A stretch of 10,311 bases of DNA, taken from Puniceicoccales bacterium. GTDB lineage: Bacteria > Verrucomicrobiota > Verrucomicrobiia > Opitutales > LL51. Each line of letters begins with the position of its first letter. Within the stretch, counting starts at the first letter, position 1. The position numbers were made by a program, and so were the translations under genes. Positions 1 through 7,181 of this stretch are shown one piece after another. Under the pieces are notes generated by a model. It had not been told where the DNA came from and made no database searches. It worked only from the letters and a program-made list of their open reading frames with translations. The stretch is from assembly GCA_031283585.1 (NCBI GenBank), contig JAITBP010000004.1:1-10311 (forward strand), written 5' to 3'.

Positions 1-609
1 CTCGGTACCTAGTTGTATCACCGCTTGTTCCATTCCAGACACTATGTGAACATATTTGTTGTTGTTCTGCTTTTCTTCTTTCTTTTCATCATCATCACTA
101 TTATCGTCGGATATGTACGTGGTTGTAATACGTGATTCCTTGCTTACTATATGGTTATCCTGCCTATCTGTCATATACCAGGTTGAAAATAGAGTAATTG
201 TTTTATCAATGTCATTGGGAATAAAATCGTGGATTAGTACATGTATTTTATAATCAAGGTTGTTACTGTTGTTTGATTGTAACGTAACTATTTTCCTCAG
301 GTTGGAATTTTGGCCGATGGCATGGTGCAAGGTTCTGGTTATGCAGTCTTCTACGGGTTCCACCCACCGATTAAATTCATCCTGGACTATTTCATTGTCA
401 GAGATTTGCGTAACTATTTGTGGCTTATCTAAATAATGTGGGATAGAAACCTTGTCTATGCCAATGGAAGTGGCACAGGATTGGTTATCTGTCATATTTT
501 TTAACGCTATGCCCATGGTATAGAACCGGGTATGATCTACTACCGGAGTGAATAGACAGCCACTAAAAATAATAGGAAGTAAAAAGAGAATGTTTTTTAT
601 TTTGCGCAT
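1..609 (-). CDS. ABC-type transport auxiliary lipoprotein, PqiC/YmbA-like (DUF330 family); C-terminal end runs off the window
   Basis: Not in the ORF track because it has no stop in the window. My translation from ATG (rc of 607-609) is open to base 1: MRKIKNILFLLPIIFSGCLFTPVVDHTRFYTM...VSIPHYLDKPQIVTQISDNEIVQDEFNRWVEPVEDCITRTL...YKIHVLIHDFIP...LFSTWYMT...KYVHIVSGMEQAVIQLGTE. It has a lipobox (IFSG|C) after a basic/hydrophobic signal peptide. The order of motifs parallels E. coli PqiC as I recall it (VTVPDYL..., NLWASPL..., TEFNG, SGEWLL). It starts 3 nt after the MCE gene stop, the usual position for this lipoprotein. Confidence 0.7.
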   Translation of the reverse strand, partial: MRKIKNILFLLPIIFSGCLFTPVVDHTRFYTMGIALKNMTDNQSCATSIGIDKVSIPHYLDKPQIVTQISDNEIVQDEFNRWVEPVEDCITRTLHHAIGQNSNLRKIVTLQSNNSNNLDYKIHVLIHDFIPNDIDKTITLFSTWYMTDRQDNHIVSKESRITTTYISDDNSDDDEKKEEKQNNNKYVHIVSGMEQAVIQLGTE

Positions 610-612
610 AAA

Positions 613-1614
613 TTATTTTTTGGGATTTGCTTTTCCTGAAATTATAGCATTTGGGTTGCGTTCTAAATAATCTGCAAGCTCTTTTAATGATTTTGCCGCC
701 ATGGTTATTTCCTGAATAGCATCACCTAACCCATACTTAAGTTTCTTTTCTTCACGGAACATATTGTTTATAGAGCTGGACATATTTCCAAATTTATCGA
801 GAGCCAATTTACCACTGGCTAGTGTGGATCTTGTTTTGTCTGAAATTTTATTTACATTGGTTTTTAATATTGCTACAAAATCTTCGATAGAACCTAATGT
901 ATCATTAAAGTGCTTGAAGGTATTTGAAAAATCCGGTGAATCAAAAACTCTACCTATGGACTTGGCGGCAGAAGTCATTCCACTGACCATGGATTTTAGG
1001 TCTATGTTACTGAGAGTGTTGTCCGCTGTGGAAAGAATAGACGAAATCCTATCAAAAATTCCAATGAAATCGATTTTACTGATTTTTTTGATTATAACCT
1101 CGATGCTGCTCAGAAGTTCATCGATGCCGGAAGGTGTGGTTGGTATCTGAATATACTTGGTGCTATTTGTAGAGAATATGCGGATTTTTTTTGATGCATA
1201 GTAATCTAATTCTATAAATAATTTTCCTGTTACAATGCTTTCAAACGTTAATTTTGCAGCCAAGCCTTGTTTTATTTGTTTTTTGTAAAATTCTATGTTA
1301 TCCTCACCACTGGATTCATCTTTTACTGTATCAAACATTGAATTATCTATCTCTATTATCACCGGAGTAATGGATAAATCTTTGTCTTTGTCATAGAATA
1401 TGGATATTTTTTTTACGTTACCGATAGTAACTCCCTTAAATTTCACTGGAGATCCCACATCCAGGCCATTCAGTGATGAATCGAAATACAGAATAAATTT
1501 GTTTGTGCTATGGAAAAAATTGCCTTTGGAAAATAATAGGATGAATGATAATAGGACAGCAAACGAGCATACTATAAACATTCCTATGGCTAATGAATTG
1601 GCTTTTTTACTCAT
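613..1614 (-). CDS. MlaD/MCE-family substrate-binding protein (one N-terminal TM helix, single MCE domain, helical C-terminal region)
   Basis: 333-aa ORF. N-terminal TM segment (LAIGMFIVCSFAVLLSFILLF), MCE core (YFDSSLNGLDVGSPVKFKGVTIGNVKKISI) and C-terminal LKELADYLERNPNAIISGK, all typical of MlaD/PqiB-type proteins. Its ATG overlaps the upstream ATPase stop in ATGA (1611-1614). Confidence 0.88.
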   Translation of the reverse strand: MSKKANSLAIGMFIVCSFAVLLSFILLFSKGNFFHSTNKFILYFDSSLNGLDVGSPVKFKGVTIGNVKKISIFYDKDKDLSITPVIIEIDNSMFDTVKDESSGEDNIEFYKKQIKQGLAAKLTFESIVTGKLFIELDYYASKKIRIFSTNSTKYIQIPTTPSGIDELLSSIEVIIKKISKIDFIGIFDRISSILSTADNTLSNIDLKSMVSGMTSAAKSIGRVFDSPDFSNTFKHFNDTLGSIEDFVAILKTNVNKISDKTRSTLASGKLALDKFGNMSSSINNMFREEKKLKYGLGDAIQEITMAAKSLKELADYLERNPNAIISGKANPKK

Positions 1615-2420
1615 TTGTCATTCAACATTCCTCTTGAAAGAAAGTATTTTACTTTAGTGTGAAAATTTTCAAGTAATTGATTTGGTGAACCAATTGCCAG
1701 TACAGTTTTGGAATCGGCGTCAAGATACATTGCATTATCTCCAATGGCGAAAATACTATGCAAATCATGGGTTACGATCAGCATGGTAGTTCCAAGGGTT
1801 TTTCGTAGCTTGAGTATTAAATTATCGAGATTATTTGCGCTGATTGGGTCCAGCCCGGCCGATGGTTCATCGAGGAACAGTATGTCCGGATTAAGAGCAA
1901 TTGCTCTTGCCAGGCCGGCGCGCTTACGCATTCCTCCTGAGATTTCAGATGGATATAGGTGACCATGGTTTTCAAGTCCTACCAGCGATAGTTTCATATT
2001 TACCGCTTCTTTAATTTCGGATTTGGTCAGATTTGTGAATTCCTCCAGTACCAATGCTATGTTTTCCACTAATGTCATTGAACTCCATAGGGCTCCGCTT
2101 TGATACAGCACACCAAAGCGTGTTGCAAGTGGTTTGTCCGAATCATTTAATATATTTATAAAATCCGCACCATCATAGAACACTACTCCCTGGTTCGTAG
2201 GCTTTAGACCGATCATGTGTTTCAATAGTGTGCTTTTACCACAGCCACTCTCACCGATTATTAAAAAAATTTCACCAGCCTTTACGTTAAAACTAATATC
2301 GTTCATCACGATGGTTTTCCCATAGCTCATGGTCAAATTTTTAACTGAGATCTTATCTGCCAACGGATTAAGACTTATGAAATTGAGTAATTTGTAAAGA
2401 ATAACTGTGATTTTAAGCAC
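1611..2420 (-). CDS. mlaF: MlaF-like ABC transporter ATP-binding protein
   Basis: Walker [18 protein letters not shown] (MlaF LFQSGALF), signature [19 protein letters not shown], Walker [14 protein letters not shown]-loop VTHD, C-terminal VKYFLSRG. The start is uncertain: the track start at 2420 is GTG, and an in-frame TTG at 2363 (giving [10 protein letters not shown]...) would produce a more typical N-terminus. Neither has a clear Shine-Dalgarno sequence. Confidence 0.92.
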   Translation of the reverse strand: MLKITVILYKLLNFISLNPLADKISVKNLTMSYGKTIVMNDISFNVKAGEIFLIIGESGCGKSTLLKHMIGLKPTNQGVVFYDGADFINILNDSDKPLATRFGVLYQSGALWSSMTLVENIALVLEEFTNLTKSEIKEAVNMKLSLVGLENHGHLYPSEISGGMRKRAGLARAIALNPDILFLDEPSAGLDPISANNLDNLILKLRKTLGTTMLIVTHDLHSIFAIGDNAMYLDADSKTVLAIGSPNQLLENFHTKVKYFLSRGMLNDK

Positions 2421-2533
2421 TAAAAGTGCAGAAATTTAAATTATTTTGGAAGAATTGCAAAAAAAAGCTTTACTACGGAGATAGGGTTCCTACTCATCCG
2501 CTTGGTAGTAGGTTTATATATAGAGGTTTTTCC

Positions 2534-2635
2534 ATGGGAAATCTGAAAAAAAAGCGCAGGTTAAAAATGAATAAGCATAAACGCAGCAAGCGTTCGCGAG
2601 CTAACAGACATAAGAAGAGAACCTGGGGAAATTGA
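2534..2635 (+). CDS. 33-aa highly basic protein, bS22-like (AURKAIP1/COX24-type) small ribosomal protein
   Basis: Internal ATG at 2534 of the 2426..2635 ORF, preceded by AGAGG (2522-2526) with a 7-nt spacer. Product [33 protein letters not shown] has the same length and MGxxxKKRRxxMxKxKxxK pattern as mycobacterial bS22 as I recall it ([33 protein letters not shown]). Confidence 0.65.
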   Translation: MGNLKKKRRLKMNKHKRSKRSRANRHKKRTWGN

Positions 2636-2640
2636 TTTGA

Positions 2641-3411
2641 TTGCTTTTTGATGTGCGTACTGTTGTTGCCATACCAGCGAGATGGGCTTCTAGTAGATTC
2701 CCAGGTAAGGTATTAGCTGATTTAGATGGTGTGCCGATTTTAAAACGCGTATGGAACAACGCCTGTTCCGTTGTTGGCATTGATGAGGTGATAATCCTTG
2801 TGGATAATGATAAGGTTTACCTCGAAGCAACTTCTTGGGGTGCAAGAGTTATGGTTACATCACCGGATTGTTCCTGTGGAACGGAGAGAATAGCCTCGGT
2901 GTTGGGTAAGATCGATGGCGATTTTATTATAAACCTACAGGCTGATGAGCCGCTTCTGGACCTAGATGTCCTTGAGAAGATGGTACAATTTGCTGAAAAT
3001 AACAGCTGCCAGATGGTTACACCGGTGTTCAAACTCGTTGCTGGCGAAGATATTTTCGATGCTAATCTGGTAAAAGTTGTGGTAAATCCTGGCGGCGAAG
3101 CGATGTATTTTTCCAGGAGTCCGATACCATTTATTCGGGATGAAAATGATAGATCTAAATGGCCAGGCTACTATGATTTTCTTGGTCATATAGGTGTCTA
3201 TGGCTATTCAAGGGAAGTTTTAGCGAAGTATTACTCATTGCAACCCAGTAGGCTGGAGGATATTGAGAAATTGGAACAGTTGCGGTTTTTAGCCAATGGG
3301 GTTAGGATCCATACGTTGATGGCCAGCGGGCCAACCATCGAAATAAATACGCCGGAAGATATGGCTAAGGCAATGAGGTTTTTGAGTAGTTCTAAAAGTC
3401 ATCTGTCATAG
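2641..3411 (+). CDS. kdsB: 3-deoxy-manno-octulosonate cytidylyltransferase (CMP-KDO synthetase)
   Basis: N-terminal VAIPARWASSRFPGKVL, GTERIA, NLQADEPLL, YFSRSPIPF, HIGVYGY, LEQLRFLANG: the canonical KdsB motif series at the expected length (256 aa). The start is TTG 2641 or in-frame GTG 2653, which I cannot resolve. Confidence 0.9.
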   Translation: MLFDVRTVVAIPARWASSRFPGKVLADLDGVPILKRVWNNACSVVGIDEVIILVDNDKVYLEATSWGARVMVTSPDCSCGTERIASVLGKIDGDFIINLQADEPLLDLDVLEKMVQFAENNSCQMVTPVFKLVAGEDIFDANLVKVVVNPGGEAMYFSRSPIPFIRDENDRSKWPGYYDFLGHIGVYGYSREVLAKYYSLQPSRLEDIEKLEQLRFLANGVRIHTLMASGPTIEINTPEDMAKAMRFLSSSKSHLS

Positions 3412-4898
3412 ACTTCGGCCAATTCACGAAGGGTTTCAGCGGATTTTCCCAGTGTAAAAAATTGGTCTTCGGTCATCCGCCAGGTCCAGTTATTTGTTTG
3501 GGTTCCCGGGGTATTTAGTCTGGCATTTTGATCCAGGCCTAGAATGTCCTGGGTGCAGATTATGGCCGTGTTACAAGGTGATTTGTAGGCTTCGGTCAGA
3601 AGGGCCCAGACCAGAGAGTTGTCATCGGATTTTACATAGCGCCTGATGTTGTGTTTATCTATCTCGCCCAGAGAGTTAACCCAGCCCCGTAGGGTATTGT
3701 TGTCGTGGGTACCGGTGTACATGACGTTGTTTTGGTATTGGTTATGTGGCAGGTAGGTGCTTTGTGGAAAATTTGAAAATGCAAATTGTAAAACGGCCAT
3801 GCCTGGGAAACCTGTAGTTTTTAGCAGGTCTGTCACGCCTTTGTTCAGTTCCCCCAGGTTTTCGGCGATGCATTCCAATTTTGGGAATTTTTTTTTGATG
3901 ACTTTGAAAAAATCAACTCCTGGCCCAGCATTCCAGGAGCCATTTTTGGCAGTTTCTGAACCGAAAGGTACAGCCCAAAAGTCATAAAACCCACGAAAAT
4001 GATCCAGCCGTATCACATCGTAGAGTTCGAGATTTCTTTTAAGACGGTCTAGCCACCATTTGTAATTTATCTCCTTGAGCACCTGCCAGTTATACAATGG
4101 ATTTCCCCAAAGCTGTCCTGATTCCGAGAAGTAATCCGGAGGAACACCGGCCAGCTGGGTTGGGCGATTTTTGTCATCAAATAGGAAGATTTGTTTATTT
4201 GCCCAGACATCAGCGCTGTCCAGCCCAGGGAAAATCGGGATATCGCCGATTAGCTTGATGCCATTTTGCTGGGCATAGCTTCTGAGATCCGAGAATTGTT
4301 TATGGAAAACGTATTGTATGGCCTTGTGTATGTTGGCCAATTTTATCACTTCCGATGGAAGTTTTTTCAGATCCGATGAGGATGAAAATTCGGCTGGCCA
4401 CTGGTACCAGGGTTTTTTGTCAAAATACTCTTTCAGTGCCATGAAGTTGCAGAACGGATCAAGCCATTTTGCCGAACTTTTGAATTTATTAAAACCTTCG
4501 TCCAGGTTTTTGTATTTTTTTAAAAAATTTTCCGATGCCGAAAATATTATGGGCCAGAACAATTCATTGAGCTTGGAAAAATCAACCCGATCTCTTGAAA
4601 GTTCGGCTAAAGGTCTCGTATCTTCTTTGGATAAAAGGCCTTCGTTCACAAAATAGTTCAGATCTATCAGGTATGGATTACCGGCGAAGCTGGATAGACT
4701 CTGGTAGGGAGAGTCGCCGTAACCTGTTGGCGATAGTGGACAAACCTGCCAATATTTTATTTTGCCTGCCCGTAGAAAGTTCAGGAAATTTTTGGCATTT
4801 CCATCGATACAACCGATGCCCTGGTCGCTGGGAAGGCAGGTCAGGTGATGCAAAATTCCTGCAGAACGTTGTTGTAGACAATTGAATAGATGTTCCAT
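3399..4898 (-). CDS. malQ: 4-alpha-glucanotransferase (amylomaltase, GH77)
   Basis: About 500 aa with SPYQSLSSFAGNPYLID, GDIPIF...DSADVW, WGNPLYNW, IRLDHFRGF, IAENLG and YTGTHDNNT, the GH77 catalytic motif set. I prefer ATG at 4898 (AAAGGGA Shine-Dalgarno 5 nt upstream) over the track's TTG at 4901. Confidence 0.92.
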   Translation of the reverse strand: MEHLFNCLQQRSAGILHHLTCLPSDQGIGCIDGNAKNFLNFLRAGKIKYWQVCPLSPTGYGDSPYQSLSSFAGNPYLIDLNYFVNEGLLSKEDTRPLAELSRDRVDFSKLNELFWPIIFSASENFLKKYKNLDEGFNKFKSSAKWLDPFCNFMALKEYFDKKPWYQWPAEFSSSSDLKKLPSEVIKLANIHKAIQYVFHKQFSDLRSYAQQNGIKLIGDIPIFPGLDSADVWANKQIFLFDDKNRPTQLAGVPPDYFSESGQLWGNPLYNWQVLKEINYKWWLDRLKRNLELYDVIRLDHFRGFYDFWAVPFGSETAKNGSWNAGPGVDFFKVIKKKFPKLECIAENLGELNKGVTDLLKTTGFPGMAVLQFAFSNFPQSTYLPHNQYQNNVMYTGTHDNNTLRGWVNSLGEIDKHNIRRYVKSDDNSLVWALLTEAYKSPCNTAIICTQDILGLDQNARLNTPGTQTNNWTWRMTEDQFFTLGKSAETLRELAEVYDR

Positions 4899-4922
4899 CA
4901 AAATCCCTTTAACAGATTCTTG

Positions 4923-7079
4923 TCAAATTAGTTCTGATGCCAATAAAATTTCTCGATTTAGAAAAATTCCATGCTTTTCATATACCAGTTCTCTGGCGAT
5001 TTTTATCAAGGTTTTGACATCATTTGATGAAGCATTGCCGTTGTTTACTATGAAATTCGCATGTTTTGGCGAAATTGATGCACCGCCGATCCGGGTGCCT
5101 TTCAGTCCGCAGTCATCGATCAACCTTCCGGCCGACAGGTCTGGTGGATTTTTGAAGACGCTGCCGGCACTTGGAGCCACGGGTTGTGATGCTAACCTTT
5201 TACGCATGAATGCCTTCGATGCATCCATTATGTCTTTAACCGGTGCCTTGCTTTTGAATTGGAACGTGGCCGATAGTATTGTTCCTGATTTTGCATCGAT
5301 GCCGGATCTGTAACTAAACTGAATATCTGATTTATCAAGATTGTGTATTTTACCATTGGGATCCAGCAGTTTAACCGAAATCAATGGGTCAAAAATTTCC
5401 CGGTTGTTGGCCCCGGCATTCATGACTAGCGCTCCACCGATGGTTGAAGGAATGTTGCCCAGGCCGACCATATCCATGAACCCATGGGTGGCGACACGAT
5501 GGCATAGTGTTTTCAAAGATGTTCCAGCGAAAGCTATTACGGTTTCTTCATCAGGCCATATAATTTGCTTCCAGTGGTTATTTGTCAGGGCTATCACGGC
5601 ACCATCGAATCCTTCGTCGTCGAAAAGTATGTTGGATCCGTTGCCGAGAATGAGGTGAGGAAATTGGTATTTTTTTAGCATGGATAGAAGGTTGACTAGA
5701 GCATCTAGATCATTTGGCTCGGCGAAAATCTTTGCCGGTCCTCCTATTTTGAATGTGCTATGGTCCGCCAATTTTGTGGTCGTTGACAGCAGAATAGCCT
5801 CAGCTAATCCATTCGCATTCAGGGCATTAGTTATTTCGACCGTTTTTATATCTCTCACCAGGGCGTTGGCCATTAGGTTCAGATTGCCGGCGCCGATGAA
5901 CAGCAGATTTGCATCATCAGCCATTGCTGTAATTTGCGATACTTTTTCCCCTAGGTCCTGCTTGGTCTCAGAAAGGGAAACGTCCCAGCCATGGCATAGT
6001 TTCAATAAATCCTCGCTGGTACCTCCGGGAATTTCGTTGATTTCATCGGATTTGTACACCGGAAGAATGATAGCTTTGCCGGATTTTTTCAAAATTTCTG
6101 AAAATTCAACCAGGTACTGCTTCGTCCTGGTATATCTGTGGGGCTGAAACAAGATATGGTTTTTTTTGTCAGATTTCGATGCGATGTAGGCCGAGATTTC
6201 CGTTGGATTGTGAGCATAGTCACAGAAGATCGCATGGCCATTAATGGTGCCAAGGAAATCATTTCTGCGTAGCAACCCCTTGAATTTGTCTATCTTACTT
6301 AGATCTGGGCGGGCTCCGATGATGGCTTCAAAGGCACTGGAAACGGCAGCCAGGTTGTGGGCCTGGAATGAACCAGCATCCGGCTGAAATTCCACTGGTG
6401 CATGGTTGGCTTTGTTGGCCAAGTCTCTCAGTGCTTTGTCGTCTTGCGGCACAATTATCCTGTGGCTGGTTTGCAAAAATAGCTTAAAAATTGCTTTCTT
6501 CATAGACTCAAAGGAGCCGTAATTGGCCAGATGGTCGTCATCAAAATTTAACATTACCGTTATGTATGGGGCAAAATTTTCGATGGTACCATCGCTTTCA
6601 TCTACTTCACAAACAAGCAGTTTTGAATCTTTGTCAAAATTTGCTGGCAAAAAATGGTCCCTGGGTAGCGCTCCAATGATATGGCTAAAAGGAACCTGAT
6701 GTTCTTTAAGTAGATAGGTTAAAAATGCAGTGACGGAACTTTTTCCATGGGAGCCGGTGATTGCCACAAGTTTTTTATCTTTTGCGATTTTTGCCAAAAA
6801 TACACCGCGCCGCGTACATTCTAGATTGTTTGCATCAGCGTAATCAAATAAAAAATGATTTGGCCGGATAGCACTGGAATATATCAGCTGGTCGATGGAA
6901 TTTGGCAAGTGCCTGCCAGATAAAACTACAACGTTATTTTTCTCCAACAGAAGGGCCATGGATTCATTTTCGTTGTCGTCCCAGCCATAAACTGTATGTC
7001 CTTGTTGTGCAATGTATATAGCCAATGGAGCCATGCCCATCCCAAAGGCACCGACGAACATAAAATTTTTAAAGTGCAT
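4923..7079 (-). CDS. murC/murB: Fused UDP-N-acetylmuramate--L-alanine ligase (N-terminal ~415 aa) and UDP-N-acetylenolpyruvoylglucosamine reductase (C-terminal ~290 aa)
   Basis: MurC part: FVGAFGMGMAPLAIY...GHTVYGWD (Rossmann), ITGSHGKSSVT (P-loop), DYAHNPTEI, FQPHRYTRT, FIGAGNLN. MurB part: TFKIGGPAKIF, ILGNGSNILF, GLGNIPSTIGGALVMNAGA, FSYRSG, SAGSVFKNP, AGRLIDDCGLKG..IGGASISPKHANFIVN. It is one uninterrupted ORF. Confidence 0.9.
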   Translation of the reverse strand: MHFKNFMFVGAFGMGMAPLAIYIAQQGHTVYGWDDNENESMALLLEKNNVVVLSGRHLPNSIDQLIYSSAIRPNHFLFDYADANNLECTRRGVFLAKIAKDKKLVAITGSHGKSSVTAFLTYLLKEHQVPFSHIIGALPRDHFLPANFDKDSKLLVCEVDESDGTIENFAPYITVMLNFDDDHLANYGSFESMKKAIFKLFLQTSHRIIVPQDDKALRDLANKANHAPVEFQPDAGSFQAHNLAAVSSAFEAIIGARPDLSKIDKFKGLLRRNDFLGTINGHAIFCDYAHNPTEISAYIASKSDKKNHILFQPHRYTRTKQYLVEFSEILKKSGKAIILPVYKSDEINEIPGGTSEDLLKLCHGWDVSLSETKQDLGEKVSQITAMADDANLLFIGAGNLNLMANALVRDIKTVEITNALNANGLAEAILLSTTTKLADHSTFKIGGPAKIFAEPNDLDALVNLLSMLKKYQFPHLILGNGSNILFDDEGFDGAVIALTNNHWKQIIWPDEETVIAFAGTSLKTLCHRVATHGFMDMVGLGNIPSTIGGALVMNAGANNREIFDPLISVKLLDPNGKIHNLDKSDIQFSYRSGIDAKSGTILSATFQFKSKAPVKDIMDASKAFMRKRLASQPVAPSAGSVFKNPPDLSAGRLIDDCGLKGTRIGGASISPKHANFIVNNGNASSNDVKTLIKIARELVYEKHGIFLNREILLASELI

Positions 7080-7086
7080 CTTTTTT

Positions 7087-7115
7087 AGTATAAGTTTGTC
7101 GCGGTTTTATTTAAA
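7087..7115 (-). promoter_or_regulatory. Candidate sigma70-type promoter for murC/murB, placed so the transcript would be leaderless
   Basis: On the minus strand: TTTAAA (7115-7110), 17-nt spacer, TATACT (7092-7087), 7 nt (AAAAAAG), then ATG at 7079. There is no Shine-Dalgarno sequence upstream of this ATG, whereas priA, malQ, the bS22-like gene and the pseudopilin gene all have one. Based on motif inspection only. Confidence 0.3.
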
Positions 7116-7123
7116 CATTAAAA

Positions 7124-7158
7124 TGTGTAAAAATATTGCGATTTTTTGTGTAAAATAT
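7124..7158 (+). repeat. Direct repeat TGTGTAAAA(A)TAT x2 in the murC/murB-priA divergent intergenic region; the second copy contains a -10-like TAAAAT
   Basis: TGTGTAAAAATAT at 7124-7136 and TGTGTAAAATAT at 7147-7158, starts 23 bp apart. TAAAAT (7151-7156) lies 25 nt upstream of the priA ATG, with GAAGG (7171-7175) as the Shine-Dalgarno sequence. No good -35 is present. A role as promoter or operator is inference. Confidence 0.4.
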
Positions 7159-7181
7159 CGGATTAATTTAGAAGGTTAGCT

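Noticed and set aside
55-111. Acidic/lysine-rich low-complexity stretch (SDDNSDDDEKKEEKQNNK) in the PqiC-like lipoprotein.
   Set aside because: It is a short loop-sized insertion before the final helix, in a family with variable loops. It is AT-rich low-complexity sequence of no evident significance.
2488-2511. Inverted repeat CCTACT-N12-AGTAGG upstream of the bS22-like gene, considered as a terminator, attenuator or riboswitch stem.
   Set aside because: It has only a 6-bp stem with a 12-nt loop, no U-run and no further conserved structure that I can recognise. It is compatible with chance.
2426-2635. The full 69-aa ORF from the track ([14 protein letters not shown]...).
   Set aside because: The first 36 codons have no recognisable protein character and no Shine-Dalgarno sequence, and they lie in the divergent promoter spacer. 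The internal ATG at 2534 has a Shine-Dalgarno sequence and yields a 33-aa product matching the bS22 pattern.
3887-3895. Homopolymers inside coding regions (T9 at 3887-3895 in malQ, T8 at 6160-6167 in murC/murB, A8 at 2546-2553 in the bS22-like gene), considered as phase-variation switches.
   Set aside because: They encode in-frame Lys runs in housekeeping genes, and all reading frames are intact. Nothing suggests on/off switching, and such runs are expected in an AT-rich genome.
4899-4901. TTG start for malQ as given in the track.
   Set aside because: The next codon is ATG (4898) with AAAGGGA correctly spaced upstream. ATG is the more likely initiator, and the difference is one codon.
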